Shown one piece after another: positions 1-9,828 of a stretch of 32,000 nucleotides of DNA. Both the position numbers and the translations under genes were made by a program. How positions within the stretch are numbered: position 1 is the stretch's first letter; the number at the start of each line of letters is the position of its first letter. Where the stretch lies: the NCBI RefSeq assembly GCF_000010065.1, contig NC_006576.1, positions 360,001 through 392,000 of the forward strand, read 5' to 3'. The notes under the pieces were generated by a model. The model did no database searches, was not told where the DNA came from, and saw nothing but the letters and a program-made list of their open reading frames with translations. The stretch is from Synechococcus elongatus PCC 6301 (lineage in GTDB: Bacteria; Cyanobacteriota; Cyanobacteriia; Synechococcales; Synechococcaceae).

Positions 1-1827
1 CTCAACTTGATTGCTGGCCTTGCCCAACCCAGCAGCGGCGGCATCATTCTTGAAGGTCGGCAGGTCACGGAACCTGGCCCCGATCGCATGGTGGTTTTCC
101 AGAACTATTCGCTCTTACCGTGGCGAACTGTCCGCCAGAATATCGCCCTTGCCGTCGATAGTGTTCTGCACGATCGCAATCGCACCGAGCGCCGCACGAT
201 TATCGAAGAAACCATTGATCTTGTTGGGTTGCGGGCCGCAGCCGACAAATATCCCCACGAGATTTCCGGCGGGATGAAACAGCGGGTCGCGATCGCACGC
301 GGCTTGGCGATTCGGCCCAAACTGCTACTCCTAGATGAACCCTTTGGTGCCTTGGATGCCCTGACCCGTGGCAACCTGCAAGAGCAACTGATGCGGATTT
401 GCCAAGAGGCTGGTGTGACGGCGGTGATGGTCACCCATGATGTCGACGAGGCATTGTTGCTCTCCGATCGCGTCGTGATGCTAACGAACGGTCCCGCCGC
501 CCAAATCGGTCAGATTCTGGAAGTTGATTTCCCCCGTCCCCGCCAACGGCTGGAGATGATGGAAACGCCTCACTACTACGATCTGCGCAACGAGCTGATC
601 AACTTCCTACAGCAACAGCGACGGGCCAAGCGGCGAGCCAAAGCTGCAGCACCAGCTCCGGCTGTGGCAGCGTCGCAGCAGAAAACTGTCCGACTGGGCT
701 TTTTGCCCGGCAACGACTGCGCTCCCTTGGCGATCGCTCAAGAATTGGGTCTGTTCCAAGACCTCGGTCTGTCCGTGGAACTGCAGTCCTTCCTGACCTG
801 GGAGGCACTGGAAGACAGCATCCGGCTGGGGCAACTGGAGGGCGCCTTGATGATGGCGGCCCAGCCCCTCGCCATGACCATGGGTCTGGGGGGACACCGG
901 CCTTTCGCGATCGCAACACCCCTGACGGTCAGCCGCAACGGTGGGGCGATCGCCCTCTCCCGTCGCTACCTCAACGCCGGTGTACGCAGCCTCGAAGATC
1001 TCTGCCAGTTCTTAGCTGCAACTCCCCAGCGATTGCGCCTCGCCATTCCTGATCCAATTGCCATGCCAGCCCTGCTGCTGCGCTATTGGTTGGCCAGCGC
1101 CGGCCTCAACCCCGAGCAAGACGTTGAGCTGGTGGGAATGTCGCCCTACGAAATGGTGGAGGCACTCAAAGCCGGTGACATCGATGGCTTTGCGGCGGGT
1201 GAAATGCGGATTGCTCTCGCCGTCCAAGCAGGAGCCGCCTACGTCCTAGCAACCGATTTGGACATCTGGGCGGGACATCCTGAGAAGGTTTTGGGGCTGC
1301 CAGAAGCGTGGCTACAAGTGAATCCTGAAACCGCGATCGCCCTTTGCTCGGCCCTGCTCAAAGCCGGCGAACTCTGCGACGATCCTCGTCAGCGCGATCG
1401 CATTGTCGAGGTCTTGCAACAACCGCAATATCTCGGGTCTGCTGCCGGCACGGTGCTACAGCGCTACTTTGACTTTGGCTTGGGCGATGAACCCACCCAA
1501 ATTCTGCGCTTCAACCAATTCCACGTCGATCAGGCCAACTACCCCAATCCGCTCGAGGGCACTTGGCTGCTGACTCAGCTCTGCCGCTGGGGTCTGACGC
1601 CCTTACCCAAAAACCGGCAGGAATTGCTCGATCGCGTCTATCGCCGCGATATCTACGAAGCCGCGATCGCTGCCGTGGGCTTCCCGCTCATCACTCCCAG
1701 TCAGCGAGGCTTCGAACTCTTCGATGCGGTGCCCTTCGACCCCGATAGCCCGCTGCGCTACCTCGAACAATTCGAGATCAAAGCGCCGATTCAGGTTGCT
1801 CCCATTCCGCTTGCTACCTCTGCCTAG
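1..1827 (+). CDS. nrtC: Nitrate/nitrite ABC transporter ATP-binding subunit NrtC, 5'-truncated by the window edge (ABC ATPase fused to an NrtA-like C-terminal domain)
   Basis: The reading frame is open to nt 1 (LNLIAGL...). It has the ABC signature ISGGMKQRVAIARGL and Walker B LLLLDEPF. A long C-terminal solute-binding-like domain follows an Ala/Arg-rich linker. Paralogous nrtD and then narB lie immediately downstream. Confidence 0.9.
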   Translation, partial: LNLIAGLAQPSSGGIILEGRQVTEPGPDRMVVFQNYSLLPWRTVRQNIALAVDSVLHDRNRTERRTIIEETIDLVGLRAAADKYPHEISGGMKQRVAIARGLAIRPKLLLLDEPFGALDALTRGNLQEQLMRICQEAGVTAVMVTHDVDEALLLSDRVVMLTNGPAAQIGQILEVDFPRPRQRLEMMETPHYYDLRNELINFLQQQRRAKRRAKAAAPAPAVAASQQKTVRLGFLPGNDCAPLAIAQELGLFQDLGLSVELQSFLTWEALEDSIRLGQLEGALMMAAQPLAMTMGLGGHRPFAIATPLTVSRNGGAIALSRRYLNAGVRSLEDLCQFLAATPQRLRLAIPDPIAMPALLLRYWLASAGLNPEQDVELVGMSPYEMVEALKAGDIDGFAAGEMRIALAVQAGAAYVLATDLDIWAGHPEKVLGLPEAWLQVNPETAIALCSALLKAGELCDDPRQRDRIVEVLQQPQYLGSAAGTVLQRYFDFGLGDEPTQILRFNQFHVDQANYPNPLEGTWLLTQLCRWGLTPLPKNRQELLDRVYRRDIYEAAIAAVGFPLITPSQRGFELFDAVPFDPDSPLRYLEQFEIKAPIQVAPIPLATSA

Positions 1828-1836
1828 GTCTTGACC

Positions 1837-2661
1837 ATGACTGCGATCCTTCCCTCCACGGCTGCAACGGTGAATACGGGTTTTCTTCATTTCGATTGTG
1901 TTGGCAAAACCTTCCCAACGCCCCGGGGTCCCTACGTGGCGATCGAGGACGTTAATCTCTCGGTGCAACAGGGTGAATTTATCTGTGTGATCGGCCACTC
2001 TGGCTGTGGCAAATCGACCCTACTCAACTTGGTCTCTGGCTTCTCGCAGCCGACGAGCGGCGGCGTCTATCTAGATGGTCAGCCGATTCAGGAACCGGGG
2101 CCCGATCGCATGGTGGTCTTCCAGAACTACTCGCTCTTGCCCTGGAAGAGTGCCCGCGACAATATCGCACTGGCCGTCAAAGCAGCGCGTCCCCACCTCA
2201 GCACCAGTGAGCAGCGGCAAGTTGTCGATCATCACCTCGAACTGGTGGGACTGACCGAAGCGCAGCACAAGCGGCCCGATCAGCTCTCCGGCGGGATGAA
2301 ACAGCGCGTTGCGATCGCCCGTGCCCTCTCAATTCGGCCTGAAGTGTTGATCCTCGATGAACCCTTCGGTGCCCTTGACGCGATTACAAAGGAAGAGCTG
2401 CAAGAAGAGCTGCTCAATATCTGGGAAGAAGCGCGCCCGACGGTGTTGATGATCACCCACGATATTGATGAGGCCTTGTTCCTCGCCGATCGTGTCGTGA
2501 TGATGACCAATGGCCCCGCAGCCACGATTGGTGAAGTGCTGGAAATTCCCTTCGATCGCCCCCGCGAACGCGAAGCCGTGGTTGAAGACCCTCGCTATGC
2601 CCAACTGCGGACTGAAGCACTCGACTTCCTCTATCGGCGTTTCGCCCACGATGACGACTAA
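1837..2661 (+). CDS. nrtD: Nitrate/nitrite ABC transporter ATP-binding subunit NrtD
   Basis: Walker A GHSGCGKST, signature LSGGMKQRVAIARAL and Walker B VLILDEPF. It shares the peptide EPGPDRMVVFQNYSLLPW with NrtC. ATG at 1837 is preferred over the in-frame TTG at 1831. Confidence 0.9.
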   Translation: MTAILPSTAATVNTGFLHFDCVGKTFPTPRGPYVAIEDVNLSVQQGEFICVIGHSGCGKSTLLNLVSGFSQPTSGGVYLDGQPIQEPGPDRMVVFQNYSLLPWKSARDNIALAVKAARPHLSTSEQRQVVDHHLELVGLTEAQHKRPDQLSGGMKQRVAIARALSIRPEVLILDEPFGALDAITKEELQEELLNIWEEARPTVLMITHDIDEALFLADRVVMMTNGPAATIGEVLEIPFDRPREREAVVEDPRYAQLRTEALDFLYRRFAHDDD

Positions 2662-2858
2662 CCGCCGCCCTGGCTTCCATCTTGCGGTGGAAGCTCCCAG
2701 ATCTCTCTAATTGCAGCGGCGATCGCAGGGCCTGATCAATCCCCACAAGCGGTTGCTTTCCCTCATTGCCTTGTCCCTTCTCCCCGTGCGGGGGGAGGGA
2801 AGCTGCTCTAGTGTTTCATCGCTCCTGATCCCTCGGTAGCGGCGTTGGCGCTGAGGGA

Positions 2859-5048
2859 ATGTTCGATCTCTCGAAGTTTCTGCCGGTCATCACTCCACTC
2901 ATGATCGATACCGCCAAAACCTTGTGCCCTTACTGCGGTGTGGGCTGTGGACTGGAAGCTGTCCCCCCGGCACAACCCGGCCGAGCCACGGTCCGCGATC
3001 GCGAGGGCACACCGATCTGGCAGATTCGGGGCGATCGGCAACATCCCTCCAGTCAGGGAATGGTCTGCGTCAAAGGCGCAACGGTGGCGGAATCTGTCAG
3101 CAAAAGCCGGCTGAAATATCCAATGTTCCGGGCCAGTCTCGACGACCCATTCACGGAAATTAGCTGGGACGAAGCCCTCGACCGCCTCTGCGATCGCATC
3201 CAACAGACGCAGGCCGACTACGGCAAAGACGGTATCTGCTTCTACGGCTCCGGCCAGTTTCAAACTGAAGACTACTACATCGCCCAAAAGCTGGTGAAAG
3301 GTTGCCTCGGCACCAATAATTTCGATACCAACTCGCGACTCTGCATGTCCTCAGCGGTGTCGGCTTACAGTCTTTGCCTGGGTAGCGATGGCCCACCCGC
3401 CTGCTACGAAGATCTTGATCTAGCAGACTGCCTGCTGATCGTGGGCAGCAATACAGCGGAGTGCCACCCGATTCTCTTCAATCGCTATCGCAAGCGCCAT
3501 AAACAGGGTGGCACCAACCTGATCGTCGTCGATCCACGCTGCACACCAACGGCTGAGGTTGCCGATCTCCACCTGGCACTCAAGCCCGGCAGCGATGTCG
3601 CCCTGCTCAACGGCTTGGGCTGGCTGCTCTACCAAATGGGCTATGTCAAAAAGGACTTCATTGCCAACCAGACCGAAGGCTTTGAAGACTGGCTAGCGAT
3701 CATTGAGGACTATCCACCCCAGCGCACAGCAGAACTGACGGGACTGGCAGTCGCTGAGCTGGTGCGAGCCGCCGACTTGATTGCCTCAGCTCAGCGCTGG
3801 CTCTCGCTTTGGTCGATGGGCGTCAATCAGTCGATTCAGGGTACGGCGAAGGCGACCAGCCTGATCAACCTGCACCTCTTGACCCGCCAAATTGGTTTAC
3901 CAGGCTGTGGTCCTTTTTCCTTAACTGGCCGACCAAACGCCATGGGCGGTCGTGAAACGGGTGGGCTCGCGCATCTGTTACCGGGCTATCGCAAGGTCAT
4001 CGATCCCCAGCATCGTGCTGATGTGGAGACGATTTGGGGACTGCCGATGGGCAGTATTTCGCCTCAACCCGGTCGTACCGCTTGGCAGATGATCGAAGGC
4101 CTGGAGCAGGGTGCAGTGGGCTTCCTTTGGGTAGCAGCGACCAATCCAGCAGTCAGTCTGCCGGATGTGAAACGGGCTCAAGCAGCCCTGAAGCGATCGC
4201 CTTTTACCGTTCTCCAAGACGCCTACCATCCCACCGAAACCACAACCTACGCCCACCTCCTTTTACCCGCTGCTCAATGGAGCGAGAAAACGGGCACGAT
4301 GACCAACTCCGAGCGGCGAGTGACGCTTTGCCAAGCCTTTCGCCAGCCCCCCGGGGAAGCCCGAGCCGATTGGCAAATTTTTGCGGAAGTGGGACGGCGC
4401 TTAGGGTTTGCCTTTGACTACACCGATGCGGCTGCCGTCTTTGCAGAGTATGTGCAGGTGACAGCGGGTCGGCTCTGTGACCTCAGCGGCCTGAGTCATG
4501 AGTTGCTGGCGCAGGCGGGACCTCAACAGTGGCCATTTCCAGCGGGAGCAGAACCGACGACCGAAAGTAAGCGCCTCTACACGAAACATCACTTTGCCTA
4601 TGCCGACGGTCGTGCCCGTTTCCAGCCTTTTCATCACTTGGGAGTAGCAGAGCCACCCGACGATCGCTATCCCTTGGTGCTGACAGTGGGACGACTTTAC
4701 GGCCACTGGCATACTCAAACCCGGACCGGCCGCATCGACAAAATCAACAAGCTGCATCCCAGCGCATTTGTCGAAATTCATCCCCGCGATGCCGATCGCT
4801 ACAACATCAGTGAAGGGCAAGCTGTTGTGATTCGATCGCGACGCGGAGAAGGCTGTTTTCCGGCCAAGGTGACAACGGCAATTTCACCAGGAGTATTGTT
4901 TGTGCCGATGCATTGGGGGGCACTATGGGGCGATCGCACGGAGGCTAATGCCCTCACCCATCCGGCAGCTTGTCCCATTTCTGGCGAACCAGAACTCAAA
5001 GCTTGTGCTGTGCAGATTGAAGCAGCGAGTTCAACCTTCACAATCTAA
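2859..5048 (+). CDS. narB: Ferredoxin-dependent assimilatory nitrate reductase (molybdopterin oxidoreductase family)
   Basis: 729 aa. The N-terminal Fe-S cysteine cluster is CPYCGVGCG...C. The body is MopB-type and the C-terminal part is molybdopterin-dinucleotide-binding-like. It sits directly after nrtCD. Confidence 0.9.
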   Translation: MFDLSKFLPVITPLMIDTAKTLCPYCGVGCGLEAVPPAQPGRATVRDREGTPIWQIRGDRQHPSSQGMVCVKGATVAESVSKSRLKYPMFRASLDDPFTEISWDEALDRLCDRIQQTQADYGKDGICFYGSGQFQTEDYYIAQKLVKGCLGTNNFDTNSRLCMSSAVSAYSLCLGSDGPPACYEDLDLADCLLIVGSNTAECHPILFNRYRKRHKQGGTNLIVVDPRCTPTAEVADLHLALKPGSDVALLNGLGWLLYQMGYVKKDFIANQTEGFEDWLAIIEDYPPQRTAELTGLAVAELVRAADLIASAQRWLSLWSMGVNQSIQGTAKATSLINLHLLTRQIGLPGCGPFSLTGRPNAMGGRETGGLAHLLPGYRKVIDPQHRADVETIWGLPMGSISPQPGRTAWQMIEGLEQGAVGFLWVAATNPAVSLPDVKRAQAALKRSPFTVLQDAYHPTETTTYAHLLLPAAQWSEKTGTMTNSERRVTLCQAFRQPPGEARADWQIFAEVGRRLGFAFDYTDAAAVFAEYVQVTAGRLCDLSGLSHELLAQAGPQQWPFPAGAEPTTESKRLYTKHHFAYADGRARFQPFHHLGVAEPPDDRYPLVLTVGRLYGHWHTQTRTGRIDKINKLHPSAFVEIHPRDADRYNISEGQAVVIRSRRGEGCFPAKVTTAISPGVLFVPMHWGALWGDRTEANALTHPAACPISGEPELKACAVQIEAASSTFTI

Positions 5049-5138
5049 GGGTGTGCAATCAAGAGCCTCACTAAAGCGATCGCTAAGTTGATCTCTAGGC
5101 AGAGCCTTATGGCAGCAATTCTGGCTGACTGTTCTCGC

Positions 5139-5465
5139 CTAAAGGAATGGAATCCGTAAGAGAAATACCCCCCAAGCGATGGTAGCGCCGTAGTAGCAGT
5201 AGCTGGTCATCCTAGCGAAGCTAGAAAGTCTACGATGTCTTTTGACTAAAAAAAGAGTGGGAATTAGCAGCAGAGCTGAAGGCAGATAGGCAGCTATAAA
5301 AATGATAGTTCCAATACCCAGATAGCCTCCTTGGCTGACAAGTAGGAGGTGATAGAATCCCCAAACAATCGCACCAATAATCACAATTATTTGGCAGGCT
5401 GATATCACCTCAAACAAGTTATTAGAGGAGGAGGGATGATCTGTCGGTGGTTTAGAAGCGCTCAT
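5139..5465 (-). CDS. Hypothetical small membrane protein (about 3 predicted TM segments)
   Basis: 108-aa ORF with hydrophobic stretches (IIVIIGAIVWGFYHLLLV, IIFIAAYLPSALLLIPTLFLV). It is AT-rich and has no HIP1. I recognise no family. Confidence 0.5.
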   Translation of the reverse strand: MSASKPPTDHPSSSNNLFEVISACQIIVIIGAIVWGFYHLLLVSQGGYLGIGTIIFIAAYLPSALLLIPTLFLVKRHRRLSSFARMTSYCYYGATIAWGVFLLRIPFL

Positions 5466-5562
5466 GCTGTTCCCAGAGAGACAGGCTTAATCGCATATTG
5501 TCTCTAGATAAAACAAAAGACAATTAATGAGTCAATTAAGGTATCAACTTTTGCGATCGCTG

Positions 5563-6087
5563 CTAAATCAGGCCCGGAATAAAAGCTTTAACGCGAGTTT
5601 GGTAGTCGACGTAGTCGGAATAACGATCGCGCAACCATCGTTCTTCTAGCCGCGCCTTCCCAATCAGAACCCCAATTAAGGCGAGGCTGACTGCTGCCTG
5701 ACTAAGACTCCAAAGCGCGATCGCCCAACCAAGACTGCCTATCATCAAGCCGCTGTAGAGCGGATGACGAATCCAAGCATAGATCCCAGTTTGCACCAGG
5801 GTTGATTCTGCATGGGGTGCCGGAAGCGGCGAGAGGCTATCTCCCAAAAAGCGCAGACCGGCAATCGCCAGTCCAGCTCCCATGATCAGGAAGGGAATTG
5901 CGATCGCCCATCGCCAAACAATCCAATCTGCTGCGATCGGGATGGCCCAGCGGGGAACCAAAACGAGGGCCACCAACAAGACGAGTTGCGCCAGAAGCCA
6001 ATACTCACCGCGATCGCCCCGATACCAATGCTTCCAGTCAAAGCCCCAACGCTGAAACAAAGCCATAGCCGCCTCCGAGCTCTGCAC
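5563..6087 (-). CDS. Isoprenylcysteine carboxyl methyltransferase (ICMT)/phospholipid methyltransferase-family membrane protein
   Basis: 174 aa, multi-TM, with a C-terminal motif GIYAWIRHPLYSG...EERWL typical of the ICMT/PEMT family. Confidence 0.7.
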   Translation of the reverse strand: MQSSEAAMALFQRWGFDWKHWYRGDRGEYWLLAQLVLLVALVLVPRWAIPIAADWIVWRWAIAIPFLIMGAGLAIAGLRFLGDSLSPLPAPHAESTLVQTGIYAWIRHPLYSGLMIGSLGWAIALWSLSQAAVSLALIGVLIGKARLEERWLRDRYSDYVDYQTRVKAFIPGLI

Positions 6088-6331
6088 ATACTATGACTAA
6101 TCTGAGAGCGATCGCAGACTGTAATGTTCAGAAATTTTTCTTAAAATTAGCCATTAGAAATTTTGCAAGTGAATCCATCAAAATCAATAACAAATATCAC
6201 TTAAAACGATTACTTTAATTGTCTTTTTGCGACAACAAAAATCCTTTTGATTGATCCAAGAAGTTGACTTTTTAGGAGGTACTTGAAATGATGAAGTGAA
6301 GCATCTGCCATAGACTGACAGGTTGGGCGCC

Positions 6332-7015
6332 ATGAAGTGGCATTTTCTTAGACTTTCCCTGGAACGCCCCTACAATCAGCTATTGTTTATTCTTGTTGCG
6401 ATAATCTCTGTTGGGATTATCTTCAAGATCAACCCAATTGCAACAATTGCTGTTTCTTTTATCCTGTTTAGCAGCTTGCTACAAGTCATCAAAATTGCAC
6501 GCCCCTCACTGCAGACATCCAAGTCCCTACTTAGGTTTTCCCTATTAACTTTCAGCATTATTGTCATCAATGAATTAGGAGTTCTACAACCCTTTCCCGG
6601 TCTTAGTGAAATTTTTCGATTTGTTACCCTTATCGCCCTATCAGTTTTTTTGAGTCTTGTAATTATACTGCTGATCAAAACTCTAATGCATGAGTCGCAA
6701 GTCACTGCCGACCTCGTCAAAGGAGGTATTTGTATCTATTTTTTAGTTGCAATTCTTTGGTCGCTCCTCTATGAGGCGATCGCTGTTTTTGATCCTCTCG
6801 CTTTCTTGATATTGCCGGAGCACAAAGACAATAATCCTTATGTTTACTTCAGCTTTATCACGCTGACCAGCACAGGCTTCGGGGATATTTTGCCAATCAA
6901 TCCGGTTGCAAAACTGCTAGCTAGCTTTGAAGCAATGTTTGGGCAACTCTATCTGGCGATCGTGATTGCTCGTTTGGTCAGTCTTTACAGCAGTCAAAAT
7001 TCGTCGGACTCCTAG
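6332..7015 (+). CDS. Ion-channel family protein with a K+-channel-like pore (TxTSTGFGD)
   Basis: Multi-TM protein. The pore-helix/selectivity-filter-like segment YFSFITLTSTGFGDILP is followed by a final TM. ATG at 6332 is preferred over TTG at 6323. The gene is AT-rich. Confidence 0.7.
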   Translation: MKWHFLRLSLERPYNQLLFILVAIISVGIIFKINPIATIAVSFILFSSLLQVIKIARPSLQTSKSLLRFSLLTFSIIVINELGVLQPFPGLSEIFRFVTLIALSVFLSLVIILLIKTLMHESQVTADLVKGGICIYFLVAILWSLLYEAIAVFDPLAFLILPEHKDNNPYVYFSFITLTSTGFGDILPINPVAKLLASFEAMFGQLYLAIVIARLVSLYSSQNSSDS

Positions 7016-7315
7016 GATCCACGCAGCTGCATGGCCTTAGAACTGGGGCGAATGTGAATAGCCTCTCGTGCCAACGGTTCTGCGATCGCACATTTAATCA
7101 GTCTCTCTTCACCTCAGCCCCGTCTTTTGGCCGCCAGATCACTGGACCCTCAGGATGCGATCGCGCTACTGCATCCCGTGTTTGTGAAGACTGGCTGCAG
7201 CCTCAGTCAGCTTTCAGAAAGTTACAAAACTCAACACTTGGGCGCTAATTTCTTAACGATACAAGGGGAGTGCGATAATACATCCTTGCAGGATAACCAT
7301 TGCAGCGTCGGTTTT

Positions 7316-7855
7316 ATGACTCAAGTATCGGGAGCTTCAGACGTCCCCAGCATGGGGCGTCGGCAGTTCATGAACCTGCTGACCTTCGGCTCAGTCACAG
7401 GTGTCGCCCTGGGTGCCCTTTACCCCGTGGTGAACTACTTTATTCCGCCTTCCAGTGGTGGTAGCGGTGGCGGTGTCGCAGCCAAGGATGCGCTTGGCAA
7501 TGATGTCGTCCTCTCTAAGTTTTTGGCTGATCACAATGTGGGCGATCGCACCTTGGTACAAGGTCTGAAGGGTGACCCCACCTATCTTGTGGTCGAAAGT
7601 AGCGAAGCGATCGGCGACTACGGCATCAACGCAGTTTGCACCCACTTGGGCTGCGTGGTGCCTTGGAACGCTAGCGAAAACAAATTTAAGTGCCCCTGCC
7701 ACGGTTCGCAGTACGACGCAACCGGCAAAGTGGTCCGTGGTCCCGCACCGCTGTCCTTGGCGCTGGCTCACGTTTCCGTGACCGACGACAAAGTCTTCCT
7801 CTCGCCCTGGACCGAAACCGACTTCCGCACCGGCGACAACCCCTGGTGGGCTTAA
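7316..7855 (+). CDS. petC: Cytochrome b6f Rieske iron-sulfur subunit
   Basis: Rieske boxes CTHLGCVV and CPCHGSQY. The N-terminus has a twin-Arg-like signal and TM ([13 protein letters not shown]). The internal ATG at 7316 gives the usual 179 aa. The ORF-track start at 7127 adds a non-conserved extension. Confidence 0.9.
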   Translation: MTQVSGASDVPSMGRRQFMNLLTFGSVTGVALGALYPVVNYFIPPSSGGSGGGVAAKDALGNDVVLSKFLADHNVGDRTLVQGLKGDPTYLVVESSEAIGDYGINAVCTHLGCVVPWNASENKFKCPCHGSQYDATGKVVRGPAPLSLALAHVSVTDDKVFLSPWTETDFRTGDNPWWA

Positions 7856-7900
7856 TTACTCCCCCGTCCTCTGAAGACTTCCGAGCCCTGTAATAAAGCC

Positions 7901-8875
7901 ATGAACATGCGTTTTTCTCCAAAAGCTCTTGTGCGCCAACTGGGTCGCCTGAGCTTGGTTGCCTGCCTCAGCCTGGGACTGTTGGGTGCTGCAGACTGGC
8001 TCCAGCCTCAAGCAGCGGCAGCCTATCCCTTCTGGGCCCAAGAAAACTACGCTTCGCCGCGGGAAGCGACCGGCAAAATTGTCTGTGCGAACTGCCACTT
8101 GGCTAAAAAGCCAACCGAGGTGGAAGTGCCTCACTCCGTTCTGCCCGACACCGTTTTCAAAGCGGTTGTCAAAATCCCCTACGATCGCTCCTCGCAGCAG
8201 GTCTTGGGTGATGGCAGCAAGGGTGGCCTGAACGTCGGTGCTGTTTTGATGCTGCCCGACGGTTTCAAACTGGCGCCTGAAGACCGCATCTCCGAAGAAC
8301 TGAAAGAAGAGATCGGCAACGTCTACTTCACCAACTACTCGGCAGACCAAGAAAACATCATCTTGGTGGGCCCGCTGCCTGGCGATGACCATCAAGAGAT
8401 TGTCTTCCCGGTACTTTCGCCCGATCCAGCCAAAGACAAAAACGTCTTCTTTGGTAAGTATCAAATTCACGTCGGCGGCAACCGTGGCCGTGGTCAGGTC
8501 TACCCTACCGGTCAAAAGAGCAATAACGGCGTTTACACCGCTTCTGCAGCTGGTGTGATCGATGCGGTCACCGAAACGGCTAGCGGCTACGACATCGTCA
8601 TCCGTAAGGCAGATGGTTCGACCGTGACCGACGCAGTGCCGGCTGGCCCCAGCCCGATCGTGGCAGTGGGTTCGGAAGTTGCAGCTGGCGCAGCGCTGAC
8701 CAACGATCCGAACGTCGGTGGCTTTGGCCAAATCGATACCGAGATCGTGCTGCAAAGCAGCAATCGGGTCTTGGGTGTGATTGCTTTCTTCTTTGCTGTG
8801 ATGCTGGCGCAGATCATGCTGGTGCTCAAGAAGAAACAAGTCGAGAAAGTGCAAGCTGCTGAGCTGAACTTCTAG
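7901..8875 (+). CDS. petA: Cytochrome f (apocytochrome f precursor)
   Basis: A signal peptide is followed by mature YPFWAQENY and the heme motif CANCH. There is a C-terminal TM anchor. The gene lies 45 nt after petC, consistent with a petCA operon. Confidence 0.92.
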
Positions 8876-8902
8876 ATCTGGTTGCAATAACGGTTGCAAG
8901 AG

Positions 8903-8936
8903 AGAGGGCGGGCCTAGCTTGCCCTCTTTGTATTTG
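8903..8936 (+). terminator. Putative intrinsic terminator after petA
   Basis: Stem AGAGGGC (8903-8909) pairs with GCCCTCT (8921-8927) and is followed by the T-rich TTGTATTTGG. Confidence 0.55.
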
Positions 8937-8958
8937 GATAGAAAGGGATGCTGTAACG

Positions 8959-9828
8959 GTGGCGATTGTGACTCTCTTGGCCCTGCAATTCACCTCCCCA
9001 GGTCCAACTCTTGTTGAGATTGGGCCACTCAGCATCCGTTGGTATGGCCTTTTGATTGCCTCAGCAGTTCTGCTGGGAATTAGCCTGTCTTCCCGTCTGG
9101 CTCGACGCCGCGATATCGATCCGAATGCGATCGCGGATCTTGCCGTCTGGCTGGTGATCGGTGCGATTCCTGCCGCCCGTCTTTACTACGTCGCCTTTGA
9201 ATGGCAGCAGTATGCCAGTCGCCCCGCCGAAATCTTGGCGATTTGGCACGGCGGCATTGCAATTCATGGCGCCATTTTGGGCGGTACTGCCGCCCTGATT
9301 CTCTTTGCTCGGCGGCGGCAGACTCCGATCTGGCAGCTTACCGATGTGGTGGTGCCTTCGCTCGCACTTGGACAAGCGATCGGGCGTTGGGGTAACTTTT
9401 TTAACTCCGAAGCCTTTGGCACACCCACCGATCTGCCTTGGAAACTATTCATCCCCATTGATCGCCGACCCCTGGCCTACATCCAGAGCGAGTATTTCCA
9501 CCCGACCTTTCTCTACGAATCGCTCTGGAATTTGCTGCTTTGCCTGTTGCTGATCTGGCTATTCCGGCAAGGCCTGCGCCAGCGATTGCCACTCAAGGCT
9601 GGGGTGATGACTTGTATCTATCTGATTGGCTACAGTCTCGGTCGGATCTGGATTGAAGGACTGCGTACCGATAGCTTGATGCTCGGTTCCCTGCGGATTG
9701 CCCAGATGGTCAGTATCGTGGCGATCGCCTTTGGGGTGCTGGGTTTGGTCTGGATCTACGGCCTGAAGCGATCGCTGCCGGATGTGGTTCGTCCCGCCAT
9801 TTCGGGAGAGTCGCGTAGTGAGCTTTAG
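8959..9828 (+). CDS. lgt: Prolipoprotein diacylglyceryl transferase
   Basis: The N-terminus [21 protein letters not shown] and the motif [13 protein letters not shown] are typical of Lgt. Multi-TM. The start is GTG. Confidence 0.88.

Noticed and set aside
599-1998. Several 60-130 aa ORFs in alternative frames or strands within nrtC
   Set aside because: All are nested in a clearly coding ABC/NrtA-like gene. They are Arg/Pro/Gly-rich, typical of out-of-frame translation of GC-rich DNA.
2662-2858. Search for an NtcA box (GTA-N8-TAC) that would give narB its own nitrogen-regulated promoter
   Set aside because: No GTA-N8-TAC match with a suitably placed -10 was found in the spacer. narB is more simply explained as part of the upstream operon.
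2808-3287. 159-aa minus-strand ORF overlapping the narB 5' end
   Set aside because: It is antisense to the conserved Fe-S/MopB N-terminus of NarB and has no recognisable domain.
7127-7315. 63-codon N-terminal extension of petC from the ORF-track start
   Set aside because: The extension has no Rieske-protein similarity. It runs through what looks like the petCA promoter/leader (for example TTACAA-18 nt-TAATTT at 7222-7251). ATG 7316 yields the normal 179-aa protein.
7856-8899. 347-aa ORF on the minus strand covering all of petA
   Set aside because: It is antisense to an unmistakable cytochrome f gene. Its translation is low-complexity and Arg/Gly/His-rich with no recognisable motifs. Long antisense ORFs are expected in GC-rich coding DNA.
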